DNA of 64,000 nt, from positions 18,414,001-18,478,000 of the forward strand of contig JBHGNT010000001.1 in NCBI GenBank assembly GCA_043228905.1. Reading direction: 5' to 3'. The DNA comes from Azolla caroliniana. Its lineage: Eukaryota; Plantae; Polypodiophyta. This document shows, one piece after another, positions 48,138-60,548 of this stretch. Under the pieces are notes generated by a model. That model did not search any database, was not told the origin of the DNA, and saw nothing but the letters and a program-made list of their open reading frames with translations. The translations under genes and the position numbers were made by a program. How positions within the stretch are numbered: the first letter of the stretch is position 1; every line of letters begins with the position of its first letter.

Positions 48138-51100
48138 TGTGAAATGCTCTCAAGAATAGCCTTCCTTTCATTATGTCTCAAGTTACATTTTATAGACTCT
48201 CTCTTAGCGTGGAGGGTGTTCTCCCGCTCCAATTAGCTCTACTAATTATGGGGCTTGGTGGGGGCCTAGTTTGGGTGTGGTGCATGAGGCTTGGTAGGGG
48301 CCTAATTTGGGTGTGGTCTATGTGTGGTGCATGGGGCTTGGTAGGGGCCTAATCTAGGTGTGGTCCATGTGACCACCACAATTCCCCCTTGTAAAAAAAA
48401 AGTTATTGTGCAGTCGAAGCGCGACGAGGCGTGGACGACGGTTCCAGACGGGGGGATGACACGGGCGTGGGCGTAGGCATGAGTGTGGGCGGGGGCGGTG
48501 GTAGTTGATGGAAGGGCTTCATGCGAGACTAGTGAGCAAAGGTAGAGCGGTTGTTGGAGGCGCGGCGGAGCAGGTATGTAGTGTCACGTATCTGCTTTTG
48601 AACTTCGAAGGGACCGATCCATCGGTGCATGAGCGATTCGCTGAGACCGCAACGACGGATGGGGAAGTAGACGAGGACTTTGTCACCGACGTGGTATTGA
48701 TGGTCGACACGGCCTATATCGTGTTGTCGTTTTTGGCGTAGTTGTGCCTGGTGCAGGTTGCTCGTGATGGCTTTGCGCAGGAGGGGCTGGAGTTGTTGTA
48801 GGTGGGACCACCAAGACACTGCGTCAGCGTGGAGTCGTGTGGTTGGTTGCGGGACTGCCACTTCTGGGGGTAAGCGTGGGTCCCTTCCGTAAAGGGCCCG
48901 AAATGGGCTAATGCGGGTACAGGCTTGCACAGTTGTGTTGTAGGCATGCGTAACGAAGGGCAAGATTCGGTCCCAGGTTGAGTGCAGCTGATCGATGTAG
49001 GCTGAGATTTGTTGTTTTAAGGTTCGATTGAGGCGCTCCGTCAACCCATTCGTTTGCGGATGGTAGGGTGACGTGAATAACTGTTGGATTCCTAGTTGTG
49101 TTGAAACGAGGCGTAGGAGCTCACCGTTGAACTGGGGTCCTCGATCGGACAAGATTTGGAGTGGGCAACCGTGGGGGAAGATGATTTTCTCCAATAGTTT
49201 GGAGGCAATGGTCATAGCCTTTGCATCTGGGATAGCGGCCGTCTCAGCCCAACGCGTCAAGTACTCGGTGATGACGAGGATGAATTTGTTCCCTCCTTGT
49301 GACTCGGGAAAGGGGCCCATAATGTCCCATCCGACGATTTCAAATGGAGCTTGAACTTGTATCGGATGTAAGAGGCCTTGAGCCACTTGAGGTGATTTGA
49401 TGGCCTGACATAAGTTGCATGCTTTGATGTAGGAGGCGACCTCGTGGCGTAGCCCAGGCCAATAGAATTTGTGACGAATTTTGTCGAGCACCTTATGAAA
49501 ACCCAAGTGGCCGGACAACGGGTGATCGTGGAAGAAACGAAGGTAAGACTGGCGTAGTTGCTCAGGCACGTAGACTCGGGGTTCTTTGCCTACTTGACAA
49601 AAAAGTAGGACATTATCCTGGATCATGAATTGCTTGGTGAGGGATGATGTCGGTTCAGCTCATAGGCGGTGGCAGATATCTTGGATTTGTTTGTCGTGTT
49701 GTTGCATGTTGGCCATTTGGGACGAGGATATGGGGAAATCGATTGTGTTGGAGGTGATCTGGTTCGCCTGAAAGGATATGCGGGATAATCCATCGGCGAC
49801 GATGTTTTGTGGACCATGGCGATAGCGCAGAGTGAATGTGTAATCCTGTAGCGCCAAAACCCAACGAAGTAAGCGGCCGGGTGGATGAGCCTTCTTTATG
49901 AGGGAGAGCAATGGCTGATGGTCTGTTTCGACTAATGTATTTGATCCGTGAAGGTATGGGTGGAAACGATGGAATGCCCAGACGATGGCGAGGAACTCTT
50001 TTTCAGTTGTCGAGTAATTTTGTTCGGCTTTGGTAAGTGACCGACTGATGTAGGCAATCGGGCGGAGTTGGTCGTTGTCGTCGGATTGGAGCAGGACCGC
50101 ACCAAGGCCGACATTGGAGGCATCCGTCTATAGATGGAAAGGCTTCGTGAAATCAGGGTGGGCCAGGAGGTCAGAGGCTTGGAGTGTTCTCTTGAGCTGC
50201 AGGAAGCTGGATTCGCAGGCTTCGGTCCACAGGAAGGGTGCGTCTTTTTGTAGGAGCGCGCGTAGTGGGGCTAACAGGTCGGCTAGCCGTGGGATGAAAC
50301 GAAGAGAGAACGTGAGGAGGCCGAGGAAGCGTTGAAGCTGCTTGACTGTGGTGGGGAGTGGGATTTTTTGGACTGCTTTTGTCTTCTCCGGGTCCATTTG
50401 TATTCCGTCGGAGGAGATGACGTACCCAAGGAAGCGGAGGCACGTACTACCCCATCGGCACTTCTTCCATTGCAGCTGCAATCGATAGCGTTGAACACAA
50501 GTTAGGACCTCCCGAAGGACTTGAAGGTGTTCTGCCCAAGTGCTTGTATGTACCAGAATATCTTCTAGATAGACGATGACGACACGGCGGGTGATGAGAT
50601 CATCGAAGATGGCATTAGCCATTCGCTAGAATGTGCTCCCCGCATCAGATAGGCCAAAGGGCATCCGTGTGAACTGAAAAATGCCTTTCCTAGTGCGGAA
50701 TGCAGTTTTGTGGGCATCGTGAGGATTCATCGGGATCTGCCAATATCCCGAGGCTAGATCGAGGGAGGTGAAGTACTTTGATTTGCCAAGCTGGTCGAGG
50801 AGGTCATCGATACGAGGGAGAGGGTATCGGTCATGGGTGGTGACATGGTTCAGTTGTCGGAAGTCGACACAAAAGCGGTAAGAACCATCCCCTTTCTTTA
50901 CCATGTGTGGCTCCGAGATCCACTCGCTCTTGGAAGGTGTGATAATCCCTTGTTGGAGCATAGTTTTGACGGCGTTGTCGATGCGCTCGTGGTTGAGAGG
51001 CGAGCGACGTCGGGGAGCTGCGTTGATGGGGCGGGCGTTGCCTGTAGGAATCGTGTGGTGAATCGGAAAACAGACCGAGGGAGGTTTTACAGGTGGTGTA

Positions 51101-52955
51101 GACAACGAGGGAAAGGTGGCGAGGAGCCGTCTGATGTCGTTGATGCGCTCCGCCGGTGATATCAAGTACTGTGTGTTGCTGATGTGGGTGGTATCCTGCG
51201 GAGTAGTGAAGAGCGCGATCGGAATGTGATTTGGGAGGATGAGCTGTTGTGCGGAGAAATCGAGACAGGCTCGACTATGGAGGAACCAATCACATCCCAA
51301 GGTGATTGGGAACAACTGGCGCGGGAGGACGTAGAAACGATGGTGGATCTGGGCGGAACTAATGGTGAGCATGGACCTGACTTGCGTATGTGAGTGGTAC
51401 ACCCGTTGTTGGTCGCCGAAGAGGATTTTAATGGGCGGTGCGTGGCTCGTGGGAAGTTGTAATTGGGTGACTAAATCTGCGCTGATGGAAGAGATGCTGC
51501 TGCCGGAGTCGAGGAGAACTTCTTGGGTCGTGTGCTGGAGGCGGGCGATTGTGGTACAAACGGGCGAAGTTGATGAAGTGGAGGCGTGGACGTGCGGGGG
51601 CGGCTCGATCGTGGGAGAAACGGGAGAAGTTGAGGACGTGGAGACGTGGACGTGCGGGGGCGGCTCTCCCTGCGGCACCCCGCGCATTAGTTTTCCGGGA
51701 GCTCAGAGAGGGAGGCAGCGTCCGCTAATTGGACGTTCTGCTTCTGTTGGTGATTCTGCCACTTTCGGCAGTGACGCCGAATGTGGCCATAGTTGTTGCA
51801 GTAGAAACATTTGGGGCGTCCCTGGCTGTCTTGTTCAGGCAATGCACGCTTGGCACGTAATTGCGCGTTCTGGATGTCGATGTCCATGGGAGTGACGGCT
51901 GGTATAGTGTTTGTATGATCATGACTGAGAGTACCTGGTGTGTGCATGTCGTGCGCGTTTGCAGCTTCGATGCGTTGGGCAGTGAGGATGGCTTCGTGTA
52001 GTGTCGTCGGGCCTTGATCGCGTACACGGCGGCGGAGGTCATGTCGTATACGCGGCCAGAAAAAAACAACTTCATGTCCTCCGACATGTTGGCGTCAGCC
52101 CGGCGTAGAATCTGCACAAAACGAACCGCGAACTGGGTGATGGGTTCGCGTGGTTGTTGGGTAATTGACTCAAGTTGTTGTAGGGCCGTCTGGCGGGAGT
52201 CTTGATGAGCAAAATTCCAAATCATGGCTGCCCGTAACAGATCCCAGTCGTTGCGTGTCTCTTCGGGTTGTTGTACAAGCCATGTTGCCGCGATATTCTC
52301 GAGGAGTGTCTTCATCTCCATTGCCTTCCGAGGGTGTGGCCACTGGTGGTAACTGGCCACCATTTCGAAATGATCCAGCCAAGAGAGGACGTCTTCCGAT
52401 GGTAGGCCGGAGAACGGTTTTGGGCGAACTCGAGAGTCCGGGAGATTTTGTTGTGGCTCGGATCGTGCTGAAAGAAAGGACAACATGGCTTGGTTAGTAT
52501 GGTTAACTTGTAAAATGATGTTGGACAGAGCTTGAACCAGTTGGTCAATTGGCGATGTGGGCTGGTGTCCTTGATTGTGTTGTAGGAATTCCGGATTCAT
52601 CGAGTTTGCGTTGTCGTCGTTGTTGTCGTGTTGCATCGTGGCGGGCGTTGTTGGGGTCGTGAGTTGGGGTGGCTTTGCCCGTCTTCTCCACCAAGATGTG
52701 AAATGCTCAAGATGTGAAATGCTCTCAAGAATAGCCTTCCTTTCATTATGTCTCAAGTTACATTTTATAGACTCTCTCTTAGCGTGGAGGGTGTTCTCCC
52801 GCTCCAATTAGCTCTACTAATTATGGGGCTTGGTGGGGGCCTAGTTTGGGTGTGGTGCATGAGGCTTGGTAGGGGCCTAATTTGGGTGTGGTCTATGTGT
52901 GGTGCATGGGGCTTGGTAGGGGCCTAATCTAGGTGTGGTCCATGTGACCACCACA
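48138..52955 (-). mobile_element. Full-length Ty3/gypsy E2 (LTRs 48138-48380 and 52713-52955)
   Basis: 243-bp LTRs identical by eye, 4-bp TSD ATAC, PBS TGGTGGAGAAGACGGGCA (52693-52676), PPT at 48381-48392; INT ORF 48529-49626, PR-RT 50626-51687; a few stops and frameshifts. Confidence 0.95.
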
Positions 52956-53731
52956 ATACACATATACATAATACATACATAAAAATTACATATTACATAT
53001 ATACATACACAAATGCATATATACATACAAAACACAAAAAAATAAATTATATATTATATATATACACAAACACATAATATTAATACCTAAGATTACATAT
53101 TAAATGTATACACATCTTCATACTTACAAACAAGTTACATATATATACACGCACACACACATAAATAAATTAGATATTACATAGCATATAATTCATACCT
53201 ATTACACAATATGCAAATTTACATATACATAAATTACATATATACATATATAGATACATACATAGATATATTACATTTGTACATACATATTCCACATATC
53301 ACCATATATATAGATTGTACTGGACCATACAAACCACAACACTTACACACATACACACACACACACACACACTAGATATATGTATACTTACACATACATT
53401 AGATATATACATTCATATTACGTACATATTACAAACATACATCCATATACGAGCCATATACATACTAAACATGAAAATATCCCAAAAATATACATACATA
53501 AATACATTACATATATACACATACATACATATGACCACATACATAGACACATATACATACACATACATACATTGGATATATACATACATATTATGCACAT
53601 ATTACAAACACATTCATGCTCATTAAATTATGTAGATTGATATATACATATATGCATACACATACATACATTACAGATGTACATACATATTCCACATATC
53701 ACCATATATATGTAAATATGCCTCCAATGTT

Positions 53732-54069
53732 TGGATGGAGATGGTGCATACCTTTAAAGGGCGGTATGAGGATATTAAAGGCGAGATAGATGTTGCAATG
53801 TTGCAACGCCTCGAATTTATTGCCTATTTGAAGAATGCCCCTTTTCTCACATTACAAAATTTAAGACCCAAATGGTGCTTAGCACCACCAGTATGGTTGT
53901 TCCCACCACCAATCACATAACCTAGTAGCGGTGGAGTGTTCATACACTTTATCCTTGAGGGATGGGACCTAAGGAAGAATGCAACATATCAATGGTAGCT
54001 TGACGGTAGGTCATCTTTATTGTAATAACTGTTTATAACTAATGAAAGGATATTTTCCGGGAAAAAAAA
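53732..54069 (+). mobile_element. 5'-truncated L1-like LINE 3' end
   Basis: ORF2 C-terminus ..APFL..PKWCLAPPVWLFPPPIT*, poly(A), 14-bp TSD ATGCCT(C/A)CAATGTT (53718-53731 / 54070-54083). Confidence 0.8.
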
Positions 54070-54569
54070 ATGCCTACAATGTTATAAGTTTTACAAACAT
54101 ACATCCATACACATCTATACATACATGCATAGACATAAATACGTTACATACACATACATACATACATTACATCTGTACATACATATCATCACAAAGTACA
54201 ATACATACACATACATAAATATTATGAACAAACATCAACACACTCATGTATGCATATATGCATACACTGTTACACATACAAACATATATACATTACAAAT
54301 TACATATATACACGTATGTACATTCATGCATGTATATATATACATTCCATATGGATATATTACAATCACACATTCATATACATTGACATATGCATACATA
54401 CATTACATATGCATACACATATGTATATTCGTACATGGACATACGTATATTCATTTACACATTGCTACATATACATACATTAGATATATACATAAATATT
54501 ATGCATATATTACAATCACACATCCACACACATTGAATCATGTACATTGTCATATGGATATGTGCATAC

Positions 54570-54608
<39 letters not shown>

Positions 54609-55007
54609 AAGACACACACCATACATACATACATACATTACATATGGACATATGCATACACATATGTACATTCGTACATGCACATACATATATTCATTTA
54701 TACATTGCCACATATACATACACATATATACATTAGACATATACATAGATATTATGCACATATTACAATCACACATCCATAAGCATTGAATCATGTACAT
54801 TTACATATGCATATATGCATACACATTTGTACATTCGTACATGGACATACATATAGTCTTTTATGCATTGCTACATGTACACACACATACATATATACAT
54901 ACATACATACATACATATATTAAATATATACACACATACGTATATATATGTATTATACATACACATATATACATATTACAAACAAACATCCACACACACA
55001 TATATGC

Positions 55008-55220
55008 ATTACAAAATTCAAGACCCAAATGGTGCTTAGCACCACCAGTATGGTTGTTCCCACCACCAATCACCTAACTAGGTTATGGAGTGGTGATACT
55101 CTATATCCTTTAGGGATGGGGACCTAAGGAAGAATGCAACATATCAATGGTATATCAATGCGACATTCTTGTAGTAATTGTTTATAACTAATGAAAGGAT
55201 ATTTTCCAAGCAAAACAAAA
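55008..55220 (+). mobile_element. Second short L1-like 3' end
   Basis: Near-identical to ~53850-54060 (AGACCCAAATGGTGCTTAGCACCACC...), A-rich tail. Confidence 0.78.
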
Positions 55221-55284
55221 TGCATATGTGCATACACATACAAAGATACATACATTACATATTACATATATACACATATGTACA

Positions 55285-55319
<35 letters not shown>

Positions 55320-55323
<4 letters not shown>

Positions 55324-56780
55324 ATTATTTTTCCAAAAAAAAACTCCTTCCATTAGTTATAAATTTTACAAATGAGACTATTATGTACAAATCCATGTAG
55401 GGACGCGATAGTTCCATCTTATGTGGATGCTCACTGACTCAAGAAAGGGAGAGGACGAAAATTGTTGGATGAAGGCTATTTGTTGTCTTTCAACTTGATC
55501 GGAGCCGCCCTTGAGGCCATCATATTGGCTCTTTAGAGTGGCTACAATTTCACTCCATATCTCTTGCACTAACCTTGTTGGATGTGTGGTTTGGTTGGAG
55601 AAGACCCATCTACACCATTGTTTCCATAGAATCCAAAGAGTTATTGGGCTGATCAATTCCAACACAACTTGAGATTTGTCATTAAGAGGAGTTGAGTATA
55701 CATTGCCGCTAGTGGAGAAAAAAACCTCTTGTGCTTTTATCACCAAAGTCATCCCCTCCTCTTGATGCTCGTATCTACCAACTGTGGTTTGCCATAATAG
55801 CCAACATGTATTTCCCCGCTTGATTGGGCCTTGCACCTGGCATAATTGCAACAAGCGGCCAACCCCCTGCAATATTCGATGGGACGTTGGGCAGTCCCAT
55901 AGAGCGTGTTGTATTGATTCTACTGCATTTGGGCACTGTACACAATTAGGAGAGCTAAGGTTCCCACATTAACATGCTCCCATTGGTAGTGACTTATGTA
56001 TCAATAGCCATTGGAACGTGGTAATTCGCCTCGCGTGTTGTTGTTTCTAGATTTTCTGCCAAAACCTGGTGGTAATTGTGTGAGGAAATTGAAACATGTG
56101 CCAAGCCTTTGTAGCAGCCGGCTCTTGGGCGGTTTGAGCAGCTAGAATGTGGTGACCCAATCTAGTTGTGAATTGGAAGAAAGGAATGGGTTTGCTTCCT
56201 TGCCCCACGTAAGGATCACGGCATGTCCATTGCAAAGGGTCCCAATTGACCTTACGTAGCCATGTGTTTTCATGAGTACATATGTGCCAATCGGGTTGTA
56301 CTTTGATCGGATCAGGATCTACAATCCATTTATAACCAGTATATGCGAGTACTTGAATTGCGTTATTCTGTGTTGGTGTCTCAATGTCTCACAATTCAGA
56401 GCCTTCGATCCTGTCTGGTGTTCCCCTACCTCTCAGGATCAAAGATCCCTTCTCCTCTTAGCCTATCCATTTCTCCATTGTCGTCCTTTGAGTAGCTGCT
56501 TCCCTAATCAGTAGAGCGTAAATTATTTCCAATCTCATAGTCCATCCACCCTTGGTTCCATGGAGTATGTTGGTTTGATCTTGTAGTGGTAGTCACATAA
56601 ACCATCTCCAACATTCTATACTTTTTCCTAGACCTTCTGCAATGTATCCCCATGAAAACCCCTTACGTGATCCCAATAGTTGACTAGATTCATCCTTGAT
56701 ACATGGGTTCCATAGGATACGTTGACTGAGCCAGGCAGGTTTGGAACTCGGTTGATCGCACTTGAGCCCTCGTCTATTCA
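55320..56780 (-). mobile_element. L1-like LINE ORF2 3' part (zf-RVT region) and tail, degenerate
   Basis: WLLIHKSLP..CVQC..ESIQHALWDC, ITLWILWKQWCRWVF; 3' tail homologous to the plus-strand fragments. Confidence 0.82.
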
Positions 56781-58019
56781 TTTATTCATGCAAGCATACA
56801 TATTTTACGCATACATTACATATATATATATATATAGATATAGATATATTCATTCATACATGCATGCAAAACGTGCACATACATACATACATTCATACTA
56901 AACATAACATTCAAACATTCATGTTTTTTTAATTTGCCGCCTCTGCGTCGCCTCCTCTTCTCTCCTCATTGCCGCCGTCGCCTCTTTTCCCCTTGTTGCT
57001 TCTGTCCTTGTTTTGCCTCCTTTGGTCTCATTTTGCCGTCGTCGCCGTCGCCACTCGCCTTGTCGTGCCGCTTTTGCTCACCATTATTGACTGTCGGGGT
57101 TGCCACAACTACTCTACAAATATTTTACAGGTACACATACGTACAAACATCATACATACATAAACCAACACATAAATTCTTAGACATACACACACACACA
57201 CACACAACATATACAATCATACACACATGCCATAAATACAATATATACATTATATGAAATTAATACAATACAATACAATACAATACAATATGTACAAACA
57301 TACACACATACCTATATACACATATATACACTCACATACATACACATTTATACATATAACACATACATACAATACACTATGTAGACAGATACATATATAT
57401 GCATGGAATACAATACAATACAAACACAGACACACACATATGGACACAGATACAATACAATACATATGTGTGTGTGTGTGTGTTTATGCATGGAACATAC
57501 AAACACAGACACAAACATAACAAACAACACACAAGCATACCACAAAAAAACATATATGATGTATGGAACATACATTCACAGACACAAACATAACACACAA
57601 CACACATGCATACCACATACAAACATATATGATGTATGGAACATATAGACACACCACACGATATGTACATACACACACACACACACACACATAACACACA
57701 TGCATACCACATACGAAAATATATGATGTATGGAACATCATCAGACACAAACATAACAAACAACACACATGCATACCACATACAAACATATATTATGTAT
57801 GGAACATACATCCACATACACAAACATAACACACAACAGACATGCATACCACATACAAACATATATGATGTATGGAACATACACACACACATAACAAACA
57901 ACACACATGCATACCACATACAAACATATATGATGTATGGAACATACATATACACACATCACACATGCATACCACATTCACAATGCACACGTACACAAAT
58001 ATATATGATGTATGGTTAT

Positions 58020-58900
58020 ATGAAAAGTGATAGGTGGATCATTCTTTGTGTAGATAATGGATAAGGACTATCATCGAAGTGTTTGAACATGAGAGGGATG
58101 AGGAAGATAAACCTTTGGGCACTAATGTTGAGGGTTCATTGTTGAGTTAAGCCGGGGACAATTTTAAAGATACATCTCCAATTGAAACAATCAAGGATAA
58201 GCTTCCTAGAGATATTTTAGGTAAATGGATGATAAAATGTAATAGGATATGTATAAAATTAAGCAATGCTACAATTCCTCAAGATGATAAATTTGAGTTG
58301 AAGGTTGAGGATTTTTGTGGAAAAACAATCATAAGATTATGGTGCAATGAGTGTGGAGAACCCTATGGTGTTGGTTCTATGGAAGCAAAAGTAGCAAATG
58401 TGTGTCTTAATAAAAAATTTAGAAGTCATTTTAAGAGCCAATGTCATGAAAAACGATATTATGCTCGAAGGGATTAAACCAAGAAGATGAATCAATAAAC
58501 TTATCGAAAATAGATGGCATGGCCTATATCAAGTCTTCGTTGGAAGTTCTCAAGACTTTTAATGACACTACAAGGGGTAAGCATGTTTGTACTTTAAACC
58601 TTAATATTGTAGTTATGAATAATATGCTAATGTATGTGAAAACTGTTTTTTTATAGATGCAGAATTTAATTGAATGGAGGCAACACTTCATGGATATAAA
58701 GATAAGGCAATGACAATTGTAAAGTTATAAACGATTCTCTTTGGGAAATGAAATCCAGGTATGTATATATAAGTTGTTGTGAATTATATACTTGCATACA
58801 TGTACATATATAATATATATTAAAGTAACTTAATGTTTATGCTTTTTATTTTAACAGGAAAAGTAGAAAAGAATAGAAACCAAATATAAACCTACGGTAT
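58020..58900 (+). pseudogene. Possible spliced gene or DNA-transposon remnant with a C2H2-like zinc finger
   Basis: LWCNECG...HFKSQCH; candidate GT..AG introns at 58577-58656 and 58759-58857; stops present. Confidence 0.35.
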
Positions 58901-59112
58901 TCCAAATATATTTTCTGATTTCTTTAAGGCATTATGTTCTTCCATGTATATTAAGATTCCTTGCCTTTGTTGTTACATGCTATAATACAAGTCTCACGTT
59001 AAAGATGGAAACAACAAGAAATTTATATGCCTAAAATGAACTTCTTAGGGTTTTCTTTTTATATAGTTGGTCTTTATGAGGGTAACCTTTATTGTAATAA
59101 GTTTTTTAAGTA

Positions 59113-59306
59113 GACATTGCAATAAAAAATAAATTATTTTATTTCATTTTGTTTTGGGTAAGAATATGTGAATAGATAATGCCTTACATTTCAAATGGAA
59201 AAAATGTATAATAAAAGAAAACATTGCAATACAAAATGATTTATTCTATTTCATTTTGATTGGGGTAAGAATATGTGAATACATGATGTCTTACATTTCA
59301 AATGGA
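59113..59306. repeat. ~107-bp imperfect tandem duplication
   Basis: ACATTGCAATA..GGGTAAGAATATGTGAATA..CTTACATTTCAAATGGA at ~59114 and 59221. Confidence 0.75.
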
Positions 59307-59639
59307 TGGCTTTGTTTGGGGAAGCCGTCCTTATAGATGGAAAGTTAAAATAAATAAAAATCTATTTAGTCCAAGTTTGTGGTAGATATGGATGATGTTA
59401 ATGGAGGACGAAAAAATTCTAGGGTGTGACAAGGAGGAGTATTATGTGTTTACTTAATTTTCCCATTTGGTGAGAGCTTTTCTCTTTTCTTTTGTTGTAG
59501 ATGAGTGGAAGAAAATTATGGAAATCTATATCACTTTGGAAGCAAGCTCTATGTGGTGTTGTCGCGGCATAAATATTTCGACACCAACCATTGGAATTCA
59601 TTAGCAAATTTTTTATTAGATTGCATGGATTTCTAAAGG

Positions 59640-60300
59640 TGGTATGCTTTGGCTCTTCCAAAAACGAGAACCACTCTTCATGGTTCGTCATGTGGTTTGA
59701 TTCTCTGGAGTCAACGTACCACACTTCCTCCGATCCGAAAGTGATCTTCTTCATTGAGTTCGCCTTGTGCTTCATGACAAAGGTTGGCCCTTTTCCGGTC
59801 TTACCGGTTCCGAATCTTTCCGATCCTTTTGCGTAGTGCGAGCTTTATCGGTTCCCTTTTCCGGCCTTGTCGGATATGGATTTATCTGAATTGGCGCGCT
59901 TCTTCCAGCACTCACGCTCTCGGTAGCCCTTCTTGCCACAATACCAACATTCTATTTCGGTCTTTGATTGCCAGTTTCCGGTGCCGTTTTGACTCCCCTA
60001 CTTGTGGAGGGTCTGGAACTGCTCTCAACACTATCTATGTGCCTTCGATTTTGCTCTTGTCGGCCACTTACATTGTGTCCTAACCCACCTCATCCTCCAT
60101 GACCACGGGGCCGATCCACCTCTGTGTACAACATCCGACGATCCGATTGAGTGGTCCGTGACACACTCATGTGGTTTTCTTCGACCATGAGCATCGAGTG
60201 CAGGTCGAACAAGGACGGTGGCTTCTCCCGGGTGCAAATTGCTATCCGGATCGGCCCGTACCATTTTGTTAGACCACTGAGGCAGATTTGGACAATCTCA
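59640..60300 (-). mobile_element. Copia gag-protease fragment (C/K family)
   Basis: ICTREKPPSLFDLHSML; EEVWYVDSRESNHMTNHEEWF. Confidence 0.8.
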
Positions 60301-60548
60301 TGCGCACACAACATATAACCTTCTCATAAACTCGGGAAATTGCAATCATATATTCACTTGGTACCTCAAGTTCTTCCATTCGCCTCCAAAGATGCTCACG
60401 AGGTACCATATCAAAAGCTTTCTTGAAGTCTACAAAGCAACAATATAAACCTTTACCTCTATGGCGACTTTCCTCCATTAATAATCGAAGGGTGATAAGG
60501 TGATTAATGGTGCTATGATGTTTCCGAAAGCCAGCTTGTCCATAAGCT
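60301..60548 (-). mobile_element. RTE-type LINE reverse transcriptase fragment
   Basis: QAGFRKHHSTINHL..LYCCFVDFKKAFDMVPREHLW. Confidence 0.85.

Larger units (their letters stand above)
52956..58015. repeat. (CA/TA)-rich low-complexity region with LINE insertions and a ~60-75 bp minisatellite (~57490-57975)
   Basis: Runs of CATA/CA/TA; unit CACACATGCATACCACATACAAACATATATGATGTATGGAACAT repeated about 6-7 times. Confidence 0.9.

Noticed and set aside
56935-57105. GCC/CT-rich island as a gene 5' end or transposon terminus
   Set aside because: No partner terminal repeat or linked ORF visible
53315-58064. His/Tyr/Ile/Thr- or Cys/Val/Met-rich ORFs (e.g. 54125-54736, 57377-57955)
   Set aside because: Translations of CA/TA low-complexity DNA that lacks stop codons
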